Of a stretch of DNA of 64,000 nucleotides, positions 56,201 to 64,000 are shown one piece after another; positions within the stretch are counted from its first letter, which is position 1; every line of letters begins with the position of its first letter. The DNA is from Bacteroidales bacterium (GTDB taxonomy: Bacteria; Bacteroidota; Bacteroidia; Bacteroidales; WCHB1-69). The notes below the pieces were generated by a model, which saw only the letters and a list, made by a program, of their open reading frames with translations, was not told where the DNA came from and did not search any database. Made by a program: the position numbers and the translations under genes. The stretch is from the NCBI GenBank assembly GCA_016285085.1, contig JAEEQA010000003.1, forward strand, positions 110 through 64,109, written 5' to 3'.

Positions 56201-56501
56201 ACTGTACGAAGGGAAGTACAAGGAGGTGGTGGAGTCGGAGGTCATCACGAACTTCTATCTGAAGGGTTTGCTGGCGGCGGAAGCGAATGATCCGGACTTG
56301 GCGAAGTCGTACTACAGCGAGGCGGTGGAGTACGCCACCCGTGCCGACGACCTCAAGGATGTGGCTGCCATCTATTACCAGACGGTAGAGGCGTGGCTCG
56401 AAATCCTTGAAACCCGCGACGTGGAGCGGGACGAGGCAACCATCGCCAGTCTTCAGAAACAGAAGGAAGCCTTGATCAAGATACTGAAAGGGAAAAAATA
56501 A
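53247..56501 (+). CDS. Large secreted TPR-like repeat protein with N-terminal carboxypeptidase-regulatory-like domain
   Basis: 1084 aa. Signal peptide ...ALVAFSASAQ and an N-terminal beta domain (VMSYPDKKPLAGAVATLYG). The remainder is helical repeats. Confidence 0.6.
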   Translation: MKKTALFLSLFFALVAFSASAQVKQIFKVMSYPDKKPLAGAVATLYGQPLQTNAKGVAVATLPENRKGDFLCMSDWTLDSYIQMGRTRESRYRFFQSNDTVFFYMAKEEAYREAATELFVKYFRPAYDSEAEMMLAYRDSVRLHPDMADEYAQNLMEYAGHAYSPVIAQYYKDAMSTSPYRLYRFRDDVRAAAEKFLQEGDVDGAAKAVKELIRKDDGSNDNLEIISDYAYFKDLNLVMFDPEPASTYTRILYQNHFQDFSMTIGAHLINLLNESNWKEADSITAKEEDRIPEYSFLFEPSFAKYINEKDPELLVAAFQRYIDKCEEVCRKYPYYQDGYWALNANRRLMLHTLQFIGDTARINQQWDSLLMGCQKYIDMTDNGDFYKNRTAIDVYSNILEVATQGMSAYSDAKMLELETAIFRAAQENYTRYPSDLFLQLQYAGRTHLYANSVENAGDESSLLLELYRNQAEINGQLIKSFPEMFTVNYMIANSSLLVHAVYRQDDDGAVRDAVRGFKRSFVLLDSLYPHIFTGTALNFCSDASDYLHGQSRNGAAAELDAFIELLLDMHSKENSRSVEAEKAQFFNHKAEKMYYYEQYEGTLSYYEEANRYYMAALEKEPEYWPDFLTNYLQMGDAYLNMKMTEKALATYQRIFTYESQVPASQTGTYTRIKGEAHYYSGDAYRILGNTKAAEKEYKAAESLYRKAMALGDSTACFSLGEMYHTRAVAQYNAGNFKKVVPLMEKSAQYYQLYPMSRPYQRYEQVASILENYYREKKDSIKYVGLLEAQVEYYKRFCSRDTTYLNNYLSYSEKIANAYKEPQKKLRYTKCEVDAHRKTILWGKEESLSFLQSLYRLAQAYAAVDSNLQALEVYNECLVVNRYLFSDTSASQCRGNAITVYGDMVECANAIGDATDEPDNKEWYEKALRASDTLILLAEEALDETSDYQVYQMSRYYLKNAVICSQLDWHNLAISQIDKANEYLLKLYEGKYKEVVESEVITNFYLKGLLAAEANDPDLAKSYYSEAVEYATRADDLKDVAAIYYQTVEAWLEILETRDVERDEATIASLQKQKEALIKILKGKK

Positions 56502-56550
56502 TTGTTACAAACATTTTCAAAAAGGCATTCTTATTTTAATGAAATTAACG

Positions 56551-56558
56551 TACCTTTG
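56551..56558 (+). promoter_or_regulatory. -7 box TACCTTTG upstream of ftsX
   Basis: 33 nt before ATG 56592. Confidence 0.55.
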
Positions 56559-56591
56559 CAGCCTATTTTTTGTAAACTAAACTAATTGTAA

Positions 56592-57488
56592 ATGAGCAGG
56601 TATCCTGAATCCATTGACAAAATCACGCGGGCGCGGCTCGCCGCCTCTGCCGTCGGGTCGGTGCTGAGCATCGCCCTTACGATGTTCTTCGTCGGCGTAC
56701 TCGTCTTCCTTGCTTTCTTTTCCACCAAGTTTATCCACAACCTCTCCAGCAAGATGGAGATGGAGGTGCTTTTCTACTCGCAGGAGTCGGGTGTGAAAGA
56801 GGCAGACATCAACGCATTTGAACAGACCCTCAAGCTCCAGCCCTTCGTCGCCACCTCCCGCGTGTCGTCGCAAGCCGACAACGTGGCCGAGGCCAAACGG
56901 GTGATCGGCAACAACTACGAAGAGGTGATTGTGAATCCCATCAACGCTTCCATCATCCTGACACTGAAAGAGGAATACACCCAGAACTCCGATTCCCTCA
57001 ACAATGTGGTCAAGGCCATCAAGGAGAACAAGATTGTGCAGGACGTGGAATACCCCGAGTACATTGTCGATCTCATCCAAGGGAATTTCAACAAAATCCA
57101 ATGGATCACCCTTGGCTTCTGCGCTGTTTTCATGTTCATTTCCTTGTTGCTGATTGCGAACTCGATACGTTTGAACATCTATGCACAGCGGTTTAACATC
57201 CGCAGCATGCTGCTGATCGGTGCCACCCGCCGGTTTGTCCGCAAGCCGTTCATCCTCAAAGGACTGGCCCAAGGAACGTGGGCGGGATTCATCGCCGTGG
57301 TGCTGGTGGCAGCGGCTCTCTGGGGCGGCTACGTTGCACTGCCGGAAATCTTCGACCTCTCCTACACCCGCGAAATCAGCATCATCCTCGGCGGTCTATT
57401 CCTGTTCAGCATCCTGTTCACCATGCTGGCTGCCTTCCTTTTCGTGAACAAGTACATCAAAATCAATTCCGATCGTTTATATTTGTAA
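56592..57488 (+). CDS. ftsX: Cell division protein FtsX-like permease
   Basis: 298 aa. One N-terminal TM, a periplasmic loop, and three C-terminal TM helices. Confidence 0.8.
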   Translation: MSRYPESIDKITRARLAASAVGSVLSIALTMFFVGVLVFLAFFSTKFIHNLSSKMEMEVLFYSQESGVKEADINAFEQTLKLQPFVATSRVSSQADNVAEAKRVIGNNYEEVIVNPINASIILTLKEEYTQNSDSLNNVVKAIKENKIVQDVEYPEYIVDLIQGNFNKIQWITLGFCAVFMFISLLLIANSIRLNIYAQRFNIRSMLLIGATRRFVRKPFILKGLAQGTWAGFIAVVLVAAALWGGYVALPEIFDLSYTREISIILGGLFLFSILFTMLAAFLFVNKYIKINSDRLYL

Positions 57489-57494
57489 AATAGT

Positions 57495-57821
57495 ATGGCA
57501 CAAGTAATTTCAACCAAAACCGAGAACAAAACGACCCAATACGGCCGCAAACCGAACACGACGAAACGCCCCCCGCTTTTCCGTAAGCTCAACTATATTA
57601 TGATGGGCATAGGTGCGGTCATCCTGTTCATCGGCTACATCGCCCTCTCCGGCGGTGCCTCCGAAGATCCGTCACAGTTCAGCGAGGCCATCTTCGACAC
57701 CCGCCGCCTCGTCGTCGCGCCCATCCTGATTCTCATCGGCCTTGTCACCGAGATCGTCGCCATCATGTGGCACCCGCGCAACAAGGAGACCGCCGAAACA
57801 GCCGAAACAAAGGAGGCATAA
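57495..57821 (+). CDS. DUF3098 family membrane protein
   Basis: 108 aa. Two TM helices. Sits at the conserved position between ftsX and uppP in Bacteroidota. Confidence 0.7.
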   Translation: MAQVISTKTENKTTQYGRKPNTTKRPPLFRKLNYIMMGIGAVILFIGYIALSGGASEDPSQFSEAIFDTRRLVVAPILILIGLVTEIVAIMWHPRNKETAETAETKEA

Positions 57822-57824
57822 TCC

Positions 57825-58652
57825 ATGGAGTGGTTTCAAGCTATCATCCTGGGTATCATCCAAGGACTTACCGAATTTCTGCCGGTCAGCAGCAGCGGCC
57901 ACCTCACCATCGTCTCCACGCTCTTCGGGCTGTCAGGAGAGGAGAACCTCACCTTTACCGTGGTCGTACACATCGCCACCGTTTGCAGCACCCTCGTCAT
58001 CCTCTGGAAGGAAATCGTCTGGATTTTCAAAGACCTGTTTGCCAAGCAGTCGTGGAAATCCTACAGCGGCCTGAACGACGGCACCCGCTTCGCCATCAAC
58101 ATCCTCATTTCCATGATTCCCATCGCCATCGTCGGCTTCTTCTTCAAAGACACGGTGGAGGAAATCTTCGGCTCGGGAATGCTCATTGTAGGCATCATGC
58201 TGCTGGTGACGGCATCGTTGCTCGCCTTCTCCTACTTTGCGAAACCGCGCCCGAAAGAGCAAATCAGCGGCTGGCACGCCCTGATTATCGGCATCGGACA
58301 GGCCATCGCCGTGCTTCCGGGACTTTCCCGCTCGGGAACCACCATCGCCACGGGACTGATGCTCGGAAACAAAAAGGAAAAACTGGCGCAATTCTCGTTC
58401 CTGATGGTCATCCCGCCCATCCTTGGTGAAGCTCTCTTGGACGTCAAAGACATCGCGGAGCTCGGATTCTCCACTGCCATGAACGGCATCTCGCCGCTCG
58501 CCCTCGGTCTCGGCTTCCTCACCGCCTTCCTCACCGGCTGCCTCGCCTGCCAATGGATGATCAACATTGTGAAAAAAGGCAAATTGGTGTGGTTCGCTGT
58601 CTATTGCGCCATCATCGGTATTTTCGCCATCACTTACGCCTGCCTCCATTAA
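57825..58652 (+). CDS. uppP: Undecaprenyl-diphosphate phosphatase
   Basis: 275 aa. [17 protein letters not shown] and PGLSRSG motifs. Confidence 0.95.
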   Translation: MEWFQAIILGIIQGLTEFLPVSSSGHLTIVSTLFGLSGEENLTFTVVVHIATVCSTLVILWKEIVWIFKDLFAKQSWKSYSGLNDGTRFAINILISMIPIAIVGFFFKDTVEEIFGSGMLIVGIMLLVTASLLAFSYFAKPRPKEQISGWHALIIGIGQAIAVLPGLSRSGTTIATGLMLGNKKEKLAQFSFLMVIPPILGEALLDVKDIAELGFSTAMNGISPLALGLGFLTAFLTGCLACQWMINIVKKGKLVWFAVYCAIIGIFAITYACLH

Positions 58653-58676
58653 GCGCAGGCCTATTTTCTTAGAACC

Positions 58677-59774
58677 ATGAAAATCAGCGAAGTATTATCC
58701 TTTTTAGAGGAGAAATATCCCTTACACTATCAGGAAGATTTCGACAACTGCGGAATCCAATGCGGCGATAAAGAGCAAGAGATCACCGGCATTTTAGTCT
58801 GCTTCGAGATGTCGGAAGAGACGATTGACGAGGCCATCCGGCGCAACGCCAACCTGGTCATCTCGCACCATCCACTGATTCTGCGGAAGGGGATTTTCAA
58901 GATCGAGCCGACCAACCGCGTGGGGCGCGTTATCTGCAAAGCACTGGAGAACAAGATGGTGCTCTACTCCATGCACACCAATTTAGACAGTGCCGAAGGC
59001 GGGGTGAACGACACCTTTGCCGCCAAACTCGGGTTGGAAAACGTAAGCGTTCTCTCCCCTATCCCCGCCGGTTTTTGCAAGCTTTCGTTTTTTGTCCCTG
59101 CCGACCACGCGGAATCCGTATGCAATGCGCTGTTCGAGGCGGGCTGCGGGCATATCGGCAACTACGACCATTGCGCCTACAAGGTGGAAGGGCACGGGAT
59201 GTTCCGCCCGACCGCCGGGGCGAATCCCTTTATCGGGCTTCACGGCGAACTGACGGAGGTGGAGGAAGAACGGATCGAGATGGTCTTTCCGGCGCACATC
59301 CAGAAGAAAGTCATCACAGCGCTTTATCAGTCACACCCTTACGAAGAACCGGCGTTTGACATCTACCCGTTGGAGAACACCAACCGCAAGGTGGGTCTGG
59401 GCCGTGTCGGCGACCTTCCCGAAGCGGTTCCCGCCCAAATCTTCCTGTTGAAACTGAAAGAGAAGCTGGGTTTGCAGATGGTGCGGTACTACGGGAACAC
59501 CGACAAGCTCATCCGTCGGGTGGCGGTGTTGGGCGGCGGCGGCAGTTCCTTCATCCGTCAGGCGATGGCTGCGGGCGCCGACATATACGTCACCGGCGAT
59601 GTCAAATACCACGACTTTCATTCGGCCGAACGACAGATGCTGATTGCCGACATCGGCCACTTTGAAAGCGAACATTTTATAAAAGAAATTATTTATAACG
59701 AACTAAAAGAAAATTTTAATACTTTTGCCGTTTCATTATCGGAAGTTGAAAAACTGCAAATTAGCATCATATAA
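58677..59774 (+). CDS. Nif3-like dinuclear metal centre protein
   Basis: 365 aa. ISHHP and MHTNLD metal-ligand regions, with an inserted PII-like domain. Confidence 0.88.
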   Translation: MKISEVLSFLEEKYPLHYQEDFDNCGIQCGDKEQEITGILVCFEMSEETIDEAIRRNANLVISHHPLILRKGIFKIEPTNRVGRVICKALENKMVLYSMHTNLDSAEGGVNDTFAAKLGLENVSVLSPIPAGFCKLSFFVPADHAESVCNALFEAGCGHIGNYDHCAYKVEGHGMFRPTAGANPFIGLHGELTEVEEERIEMVFPAHIQKKVITALYQSHPYEEPAFDIYPLENTNRKVGLGRVGDLPEAVPAQIFLLKLKEKLGLQMVRYYGNTDKLIRRVAVLGGGGSSFIRQAMAAGADIYVTGDVKYHDFHSAERQMLIADIGHFESEHFIKEIIYNELKENFNTFAVSLSEVEKLQISII

Positions 59775-59805
59775 CATTTAAAATCAAGATTTTACAAATA
59801 TCAAT

Positions 59806-60678
59806 ATGGCAAAGAAAAAAGTAAAAGAAGAAGCTGTTGTTTCCGAAAACCAAGCCGTTGCCACCGTTGCCGCTGAGGCAGCGGCCGCCAAGTTGGCACC
59901 CGCACCCGAAGAGAACAGCATTGCATACCGCCTGCTGTCCCTCTACCACCTCCAGTGCATCTATTCCGAAATTGACCGGATACGCATTGAACGCGGCGAA
60001 CTGCCGAACGAGGTCCGGAATCTGGAAGACGACATTGAAGGCAAAAAGACCCGTATCAGCAAGTTCCATGAGGAAATCAAAGAAATGAACGAAAAGATTT
60101 CCACTGAGAGCAACAAGATCCAGGAGGCGAAAGCATTGATTTCCCGCTACGAGGAGCAACAGAACAACGTTCGCAACAACCGTGAATACGATTCTTTGTC
60201 AAAAGAAATCGAATATCAAACTGTTGAAATACAGAATTCTGAAAAGAAGATTTCCAAGGTACAAGCCAACGTTGAGATCAGGACTGAGGAAATCAAGAGT
60301 TTGGAAAACGAATTAAAAGAGAAGGGTGAAATTCTCACCCAGAAGAAGGGCGAACTGGACGGCTTGATTGCCGAACACGAGGAAAAAGAAGCCGAGCTCA
60401 TGCAGAAAGCGGATGCTTTCAAGGAGAAAGTGGAGCCGCGTCTGCTCTCCGCCTTTGAACGTATTCGCAAAAATGCCCGTAATGGCTTGGCGATCGTACA
60501 GATAAGCCGTGATGCATGCGGTGGTTGCTTCAGCACCATTCCCCCGCAGCGCCAGTTGGATATCCGTCTGCACAAGAAAATCATTGTCTGCGAAGCCTGC
60601 GGCCGTATCTTCATTGACGAGCAACTCGTGAAAGAGGACAAGGAACGCACTGAGGCTGCCGCCCAAAACGCAGAATAA
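59806..60678 (+). CDS. Coiled-coil zinc-ribbon protein (COG1579 type)
   Basis: 290 aa. Long coiled coil plus C-terminal CGGC...CEAC ribbon. Usual partner gene downstream of Nif3. Confidence 0.8.
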   Translation: MAKKKVKEEAVVSENQAVATVAAEAAAAKLAPAPEENSIAYRLLSLYHLQCIYSEIDRIRIERGELPNEVRNLEDDIEGKKTRISKFHEEIKEMNEKISTESNKIQEAKALISRYEEQQNNVRNNREYDSLSKEIEYQTVEIQNSEKKISKVQANVEIRTEEIKSLENELKEKGEILTQKKGELDGLIAEHEEKEAELMQKADAFKEKVEPRLLSAFERIRKNARNGLAIVQISRDACGGCFSTIPPQRQLDIRLHKKIIVCEACGRIFIDEQLVKEDKERTEAAAQNAE

Positions 60679-60697
60679 GCCACAGACAAACCTTTAG

Positions 60698-60731
60698 AAA
60701 GCCGCAACTTCCATAGGTTGCGGCTTTTTCT
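60698..60731 (+). terminator. Intrinsic terminator after zinc-ribbon gene
   Basis: AAAGCCGCAAC-ttccatag-GTTGCGGCTTT followed by TTC. Confidence 0.85.
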
Positions 60732-60765
60732 TTCCATAAACAGTCCTCCAATATACCTTTTTATG

Positions 60766-60773
60766 TAAATTTG
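60766..60773 (+). promoter_or_regulatory. -7 box TAAATTTG upstream of GT-C-like membrane protein gene
   Basis: Overlaps the TTG start proposed by the ORF track, which argues for a later start. Confidence 0.45.
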
Positions 60774-60890
60774 CGCCCTAAAATTTTTGCCGTGGACTTT
60801 TCAAAACGACTTAAGGATTTTTACAACAATCTGATTTTCAATATCAAGTATTCCAGAAACCTGTTTGAGCGGGAAATTCTTGACATCCGT

Positions 60891-62633
60891 ATGTCAGAGG
60901 AGCGCATTCATGCCAACGTCTTTCGCAAGTTCAAGAAGGATTTCTTTTCCTTCTCCGTCAAGACAAAGGATGACCTTTTCAAGTACCTTTTTTACATCTT
61001 GATAATCGCATTGATGGTAGCACTTCCCATCCTGGCGGCGGAAGTGGGGGTTTCCGAAAAAGAAATCGGCGACCACCGACAGGCGGAACTTTTCTACAGT
61101 CACTTCTCGGGTGCATCCACAGAGGTGGAAGCGGGAAGTTGCACCCAAAACCACCCGCATTTTGTGGACTTTCTCTGCTGTTGCATCTGCAAATGGTTCG
61201 GAATCAGCTCCGTCTATCAATTCCGACATATCATAGGCGCACTGTTCGCGTGGGGAATCCTTCTGGTTGCCGGTGGGTTCTTGATGAAACTATTCACATG
61301 GAGAGCGGCATTTTTCGGGACATTTCTGTTGTTCATTTCGCCCCATTTTCTGGCACAATCCTTCGGGAATGTCGCGGATGTATCTTTTGCACTCTTCTAT
61401 CTGCTGGGGATTTACGAAATATACCTGTTCGTCACCGAATTCCCCATTGTCAAGTGGAAACGCCTGATCATCCTTGTGCTTGACACGATTGCCGCCGTTT
61501 ACGTATGCTGTGCGGGGTTCGTCCTGCTGCATTACTTCATCCTGATGGCCTTCTTGATCTTCTTTATCGAGAATCCCATACGGAAGCTATTCACCCGCGC
61601 CTACGGCCGGAATTTCCTGAAGCTGGTCGTTATCGTGTCCGCAACTGTAGCTGCGGTTTACCTTGCCGACCTGATGAATCCGCTCCATTTCCTGAGATTC
61701 TCTAATGCAGGATTATCCAATGCCATCGTAAAGTCAACCGAGAATCTGGCAATTGGAAATTTCCTATGGGCAGGGAAAAGCGTTTCCACCTCGTCTCTCG
61801 GTGTGCGGTTTCTGCTATCGCGGATGCAGGTCACTCTGCCGCTGGTCATCATCATCGGCTGCCTTGTACATGTTCTGTTCATACGAACAGTGGTCAAGGA
61901 AGCCCGCTTTTTCCCGTCGCTGCTTCTGTATTTCAGCCTTCTTTTCCCGTTGTGGTCGCTGCACCATGCAGGGGCAAGCGTGGGTGATGGCTGGTTTTAC
62001 TACATGATGCTGTATCCACTGGTCGCAATGATGGCAGCAGCGGGCTACGACGGGTTTCTGCGCCGCGTGGACGACCGGTACACCAACGCTGTCATTGTGG
62101 GCGGGATATTCCTGCTGTCGCTGCTGCCGTTGCGACACGTGCTTCTGAACCAGCCGGGGGTGGGCATCTATTACAACGAGCTCGCCGGAGGAGTGCACAG
62201 TACCTTTGGCAAGTACCCGATTGACGAAGGGAAAAACTACAACCGGAAGGCATCCAAATGGCTGCTCTCCTACATCAGCAAGAACGACAACCGATACCGA
62301 GTGGACACATTGCCGAAATTGCAGGTAGCCACACAGGACCTCGAAGCCACCCGTTTTTTCTTCCGCAACGATACCGGGCGGATTGAAGTGGTGGCAGGCT
62401 CGCTGTCCGACACAGGACTGTACTGGGACTACTATCTTTCCTACATCGACGACATGAGCCCGCGAGAATTGGAGAACTGCTGGAACAAACCCGAAGCCAT
62501 TATCAAAACATACAAGGCTGACAGCAAGCCTGTGGCAATAATTTTGCGCACACTCCCCGACACCACCGGTATCCCAACTGATACCCTTGCCCTGGACAGT
62601 ATTGCCCTTTCACAAAATAAAGTCGCAAATTGA
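60891..62633 (+). CDS. Polytopic membrane protein, GT-C (ArnT/PMT-like) glycosyltransferase architecture
   Basis: Start tentatively at ATG 60891, because TTG 60771 lies inside a TAAATTTG promoter box. At least 10 TM helices followed by a soluble C-domain. Tentative. Confidence 0.45.
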   Translation: MSEERIHANVFRKFKKDFFSFSVKTKDDLFKYLFYILIIALMVALPILAAEVGVSEKEIGDHRQAELFYSHFSGASTEVEAGSCTQNHPHFVDFLCCCICKWFGISSVYQFRHIIGALFAWGILLVAGGFLMKLFTWRAAFFGTFLLFISPHFLAQSFGNVADVSFALFYLLGIYEIYLFVTEFPIVKWKRLIILVLDTIAAVYVCCAGFVLLHYFILMAFLIFFIENPIRKLFTRAYGRNFLKLVVIVSATVAAVYLADLMNPLHFLRFSNAGLSNAIVKSTENLAIGNFLWAGKSVSTSSLGVRFLLSRMQVTLPLVIIIGCLVHVLFIRTVVKEARFFPSLLLYFSLLFPLWSLHHAGASVGDGWFYYMMLYPLVAMMAAAGYDGFLRRVDDRYTNAVIVGGIFLLSLLPLRHVLLNQPGVGIYYNELAGGVHSTFGKYPIDEGKNYNRKASKWLLSYISKNDNRYRVDTLPKLQVATQDLEATRFFFRNDTGRIEVVAGSLSDTGLYWDYYLSYIDDMSPRELENCWNKPEAIIKTYKADSKPVAIILRTLPDTTGIPTDTLALDSIALSQNKVAN

Positions 62634-62647
62634 ACGTTACATCTGAT

Positions 62648-63556
62648 ATGAAAAAAACAGCCGCCGCCATCTGCTTCCTCCTAATGTGCCTTCTGCTGGG
62701 CAGTTGCAAAAAAACAGACCTCACAGCTTCCTATCTCTACATAGACACCGCCGCCTTCCACGTTGACATGACCAATTTCAACGAAGATTTTTCCGCAGGA
62801 TACGACCAAGGAGAACTCGACTGCATCGCCTCGCACAACTTTCCCGATGCATGGGTGATTGTCAACGGCAAAGATCTGGGAACTTGGGAACTGCCCTGCA
62901 AAATCCCTGTGCTGGCGGACGAAGCGGTTTCCGTCAAGATTTATCCGGGAATTAAAATGAACGGTGTTTCCACCATGCGTCCGCGCTACCCCTTTGCCGA
63001 TGCAATAGAACAAAACATCACATTGAAGCACAGTGAAATAACAAAAGTCTCTGACATACCCTTCAAATACTATTCCACCACCCAATTCAAGGTCATTGAG
63101 AACTTTGAACGGGACTACAACGGCTATTTTTCATCGGAAGATTCCAACGGCGTGAACTTTGAGCACATCTATGACGACCAAAATCCGACTAACCGCATAG
63201 GGAGAATATCGCTGGAAGACAGCAATACAGACTTCAACGTCATCTCGTCCACGATGAAATTCAACACTGTAGAGTATGTGTTTCTGGAGATGGACTACCG
63301 TTGTGATGTAGAAAACGCACAGATTTACGCCGGTGTGCTCATCAACAAGCCGACGAGTGCCCTGACGACCGACGAGCCACTGGTAGTGGTGAATGCCTCC
63401 CCGAAGTGGAAGAAGATCTATATAAATCTCACTCAGGCGGTGCTGCGCAACCACACCAGCAATGCGGTAGGATACAAGGTCTATCTTTCAGGAGGCCGAA
63501 GCGACAGCACTCCCGTCCACTACTATTTTGACAATATCAAAGTTATATACCGATAG
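62648..63556 (+). CDS. Hypothetical lipoprotein (302 aa)
   Basis: Start moved to ATG 62648 (MKKTAAAICFLLMCLLLGSC lipobox). No family recognised. Confidence 0.5.
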   Translation: MKKTAAAICFLLMCLLLGSCKKTDLTASYLYIDTAAFHVDMTNFNEDFSAGYDQGELDCIASHNFPDAWVIVNGKDLGTWELPCKIPVLADEAVSVKIYPGIKMNGVSTMRPRYPFADAIEQNITLKHSEITKVSDIPFKYYSTTQFKVIENFERDYNGYFSSEDSNGVNFEHIYDDQNPTNRIGRISLEDSNTDFNVISSTMKFNTVEYVFLEMDYRCDVENAQIYAGVLINKPTSALTTDEPLVVVNASPKWKKIYINLTQAVLRNHTSNAVGYKVYLSGGRSDSTPVHYYFDNIKVIYR

Positions 63557-63562
63557 CCTGTT

Positions 63563-64000
63563 ATGCAAAGTACAAAGAAGAGAATCAGCGCACTATATAT
63601 AACTTTCGACATTCTCGCGGCCATTGTCACATGGTGCTGTTTCTTTGTATTCCGCAAGTACAATGTGGACCACAGCGTTCTCGGGAACCTTCATGAGACC
63701 ATCTTCAACGACTACAAGTTTTACATAGGCATTGTGTCCAGCCCGCTTTACTGGGTATTTCTGCACGCAGTGTCCGGTTCCTACAACCGCGTTTACCACA
63801 AGTCGCGACTGAAGGAATTGGGGACAACCTTACTTGTCACCTTCATCGGCACATTGCTGTTCTTTTTCGCATTTATCCTTGACGATGTCATCAACGACTA
63901 CAACGACTACCTGCTTTACTATGCAGTGCTCTTCCTGCTGCAATTCACGCTGACCTACCTGCCGAAGGTGTGCATCACCACCTCCACCATCAACAAGATT
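63563..64000 (+). CDS. Polyprenyl glycosylphosphotransferase (WbaP/WcaJ-like), N-terminal membrane region; continues beyond window
   Basis: My translation from ATG 63563 reads MQSTKKRISALYITFDILAAIVTWCCFFVFRKY... with several TM helices. Open to the window end. Confidence 0.55.
   Translation, partial: MQSTKKRISALYITFDILAAIVTWCCFFVFRKYNVDHSVLGNLHETIFNDYKFYIGIVSSPLYWVFLHAVSGSYNRVYHKSRLKELGTTLLVTFIGTLLFFFAFILDDVINDYNDYLLYYAVLFLLQFTLTYLPKVCITTSTINKI

Overview
This is a 64-kb chromosomal segment from a Bacteroidota genome, probably Bacteroidales and Prevotella-like. The phylum call rests on many TAnnTTTG -7 promoter boxes, T9SS components and cargo, a 287-aa primary sigma factor, and the ftsX-DUF3098-uppP gene order. 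GC looks mid-50s % by eye (not computed). I support 56 CDS, mostly housekeeping: panB, dut, mpl, der, rpoD, valS, rpmB, ispD, dnaJ-grpE, murA, uppP, ftsX and others, plus cell-envelope and T9SS-related genes. I recognised no rRNA, tRNA, transposase, integrase, cas or phage genes. Many long ORFs in the track are antisense shadow ORFs of the GC-rich genes, and I rejected them. The most interesting part is a mosaic accessory locus at about 19.7-26.4 kb. It holds three paralogous small beta-barrel OMP genes with variable blocks. It also has AT-rich single-gene inserts, each bracketed by identical 35-nt CRISPR-repeat-like sequences, with no recombinase in the window. Two further repeat modules occur there: B (a GCTCGC repeat array plus a GC-rich hairpin module) and C (a four-hairpin leader). 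These are interleaved with two housekeeping genes in a twice-repeated order. Window-wide, the intergenic DNA is unusually patterned. There are GTAG-headed REP-like hairpins in at least 13 copies of two families. There are also heptad-periodic degenerate arrays directly upstream of start codons, including a (GGGGTTA)n G-quadruplex-type tract and two homologous bipartite heptad elements. All functional interpretations of these repeats are inference. No database searches or folding computations were run.
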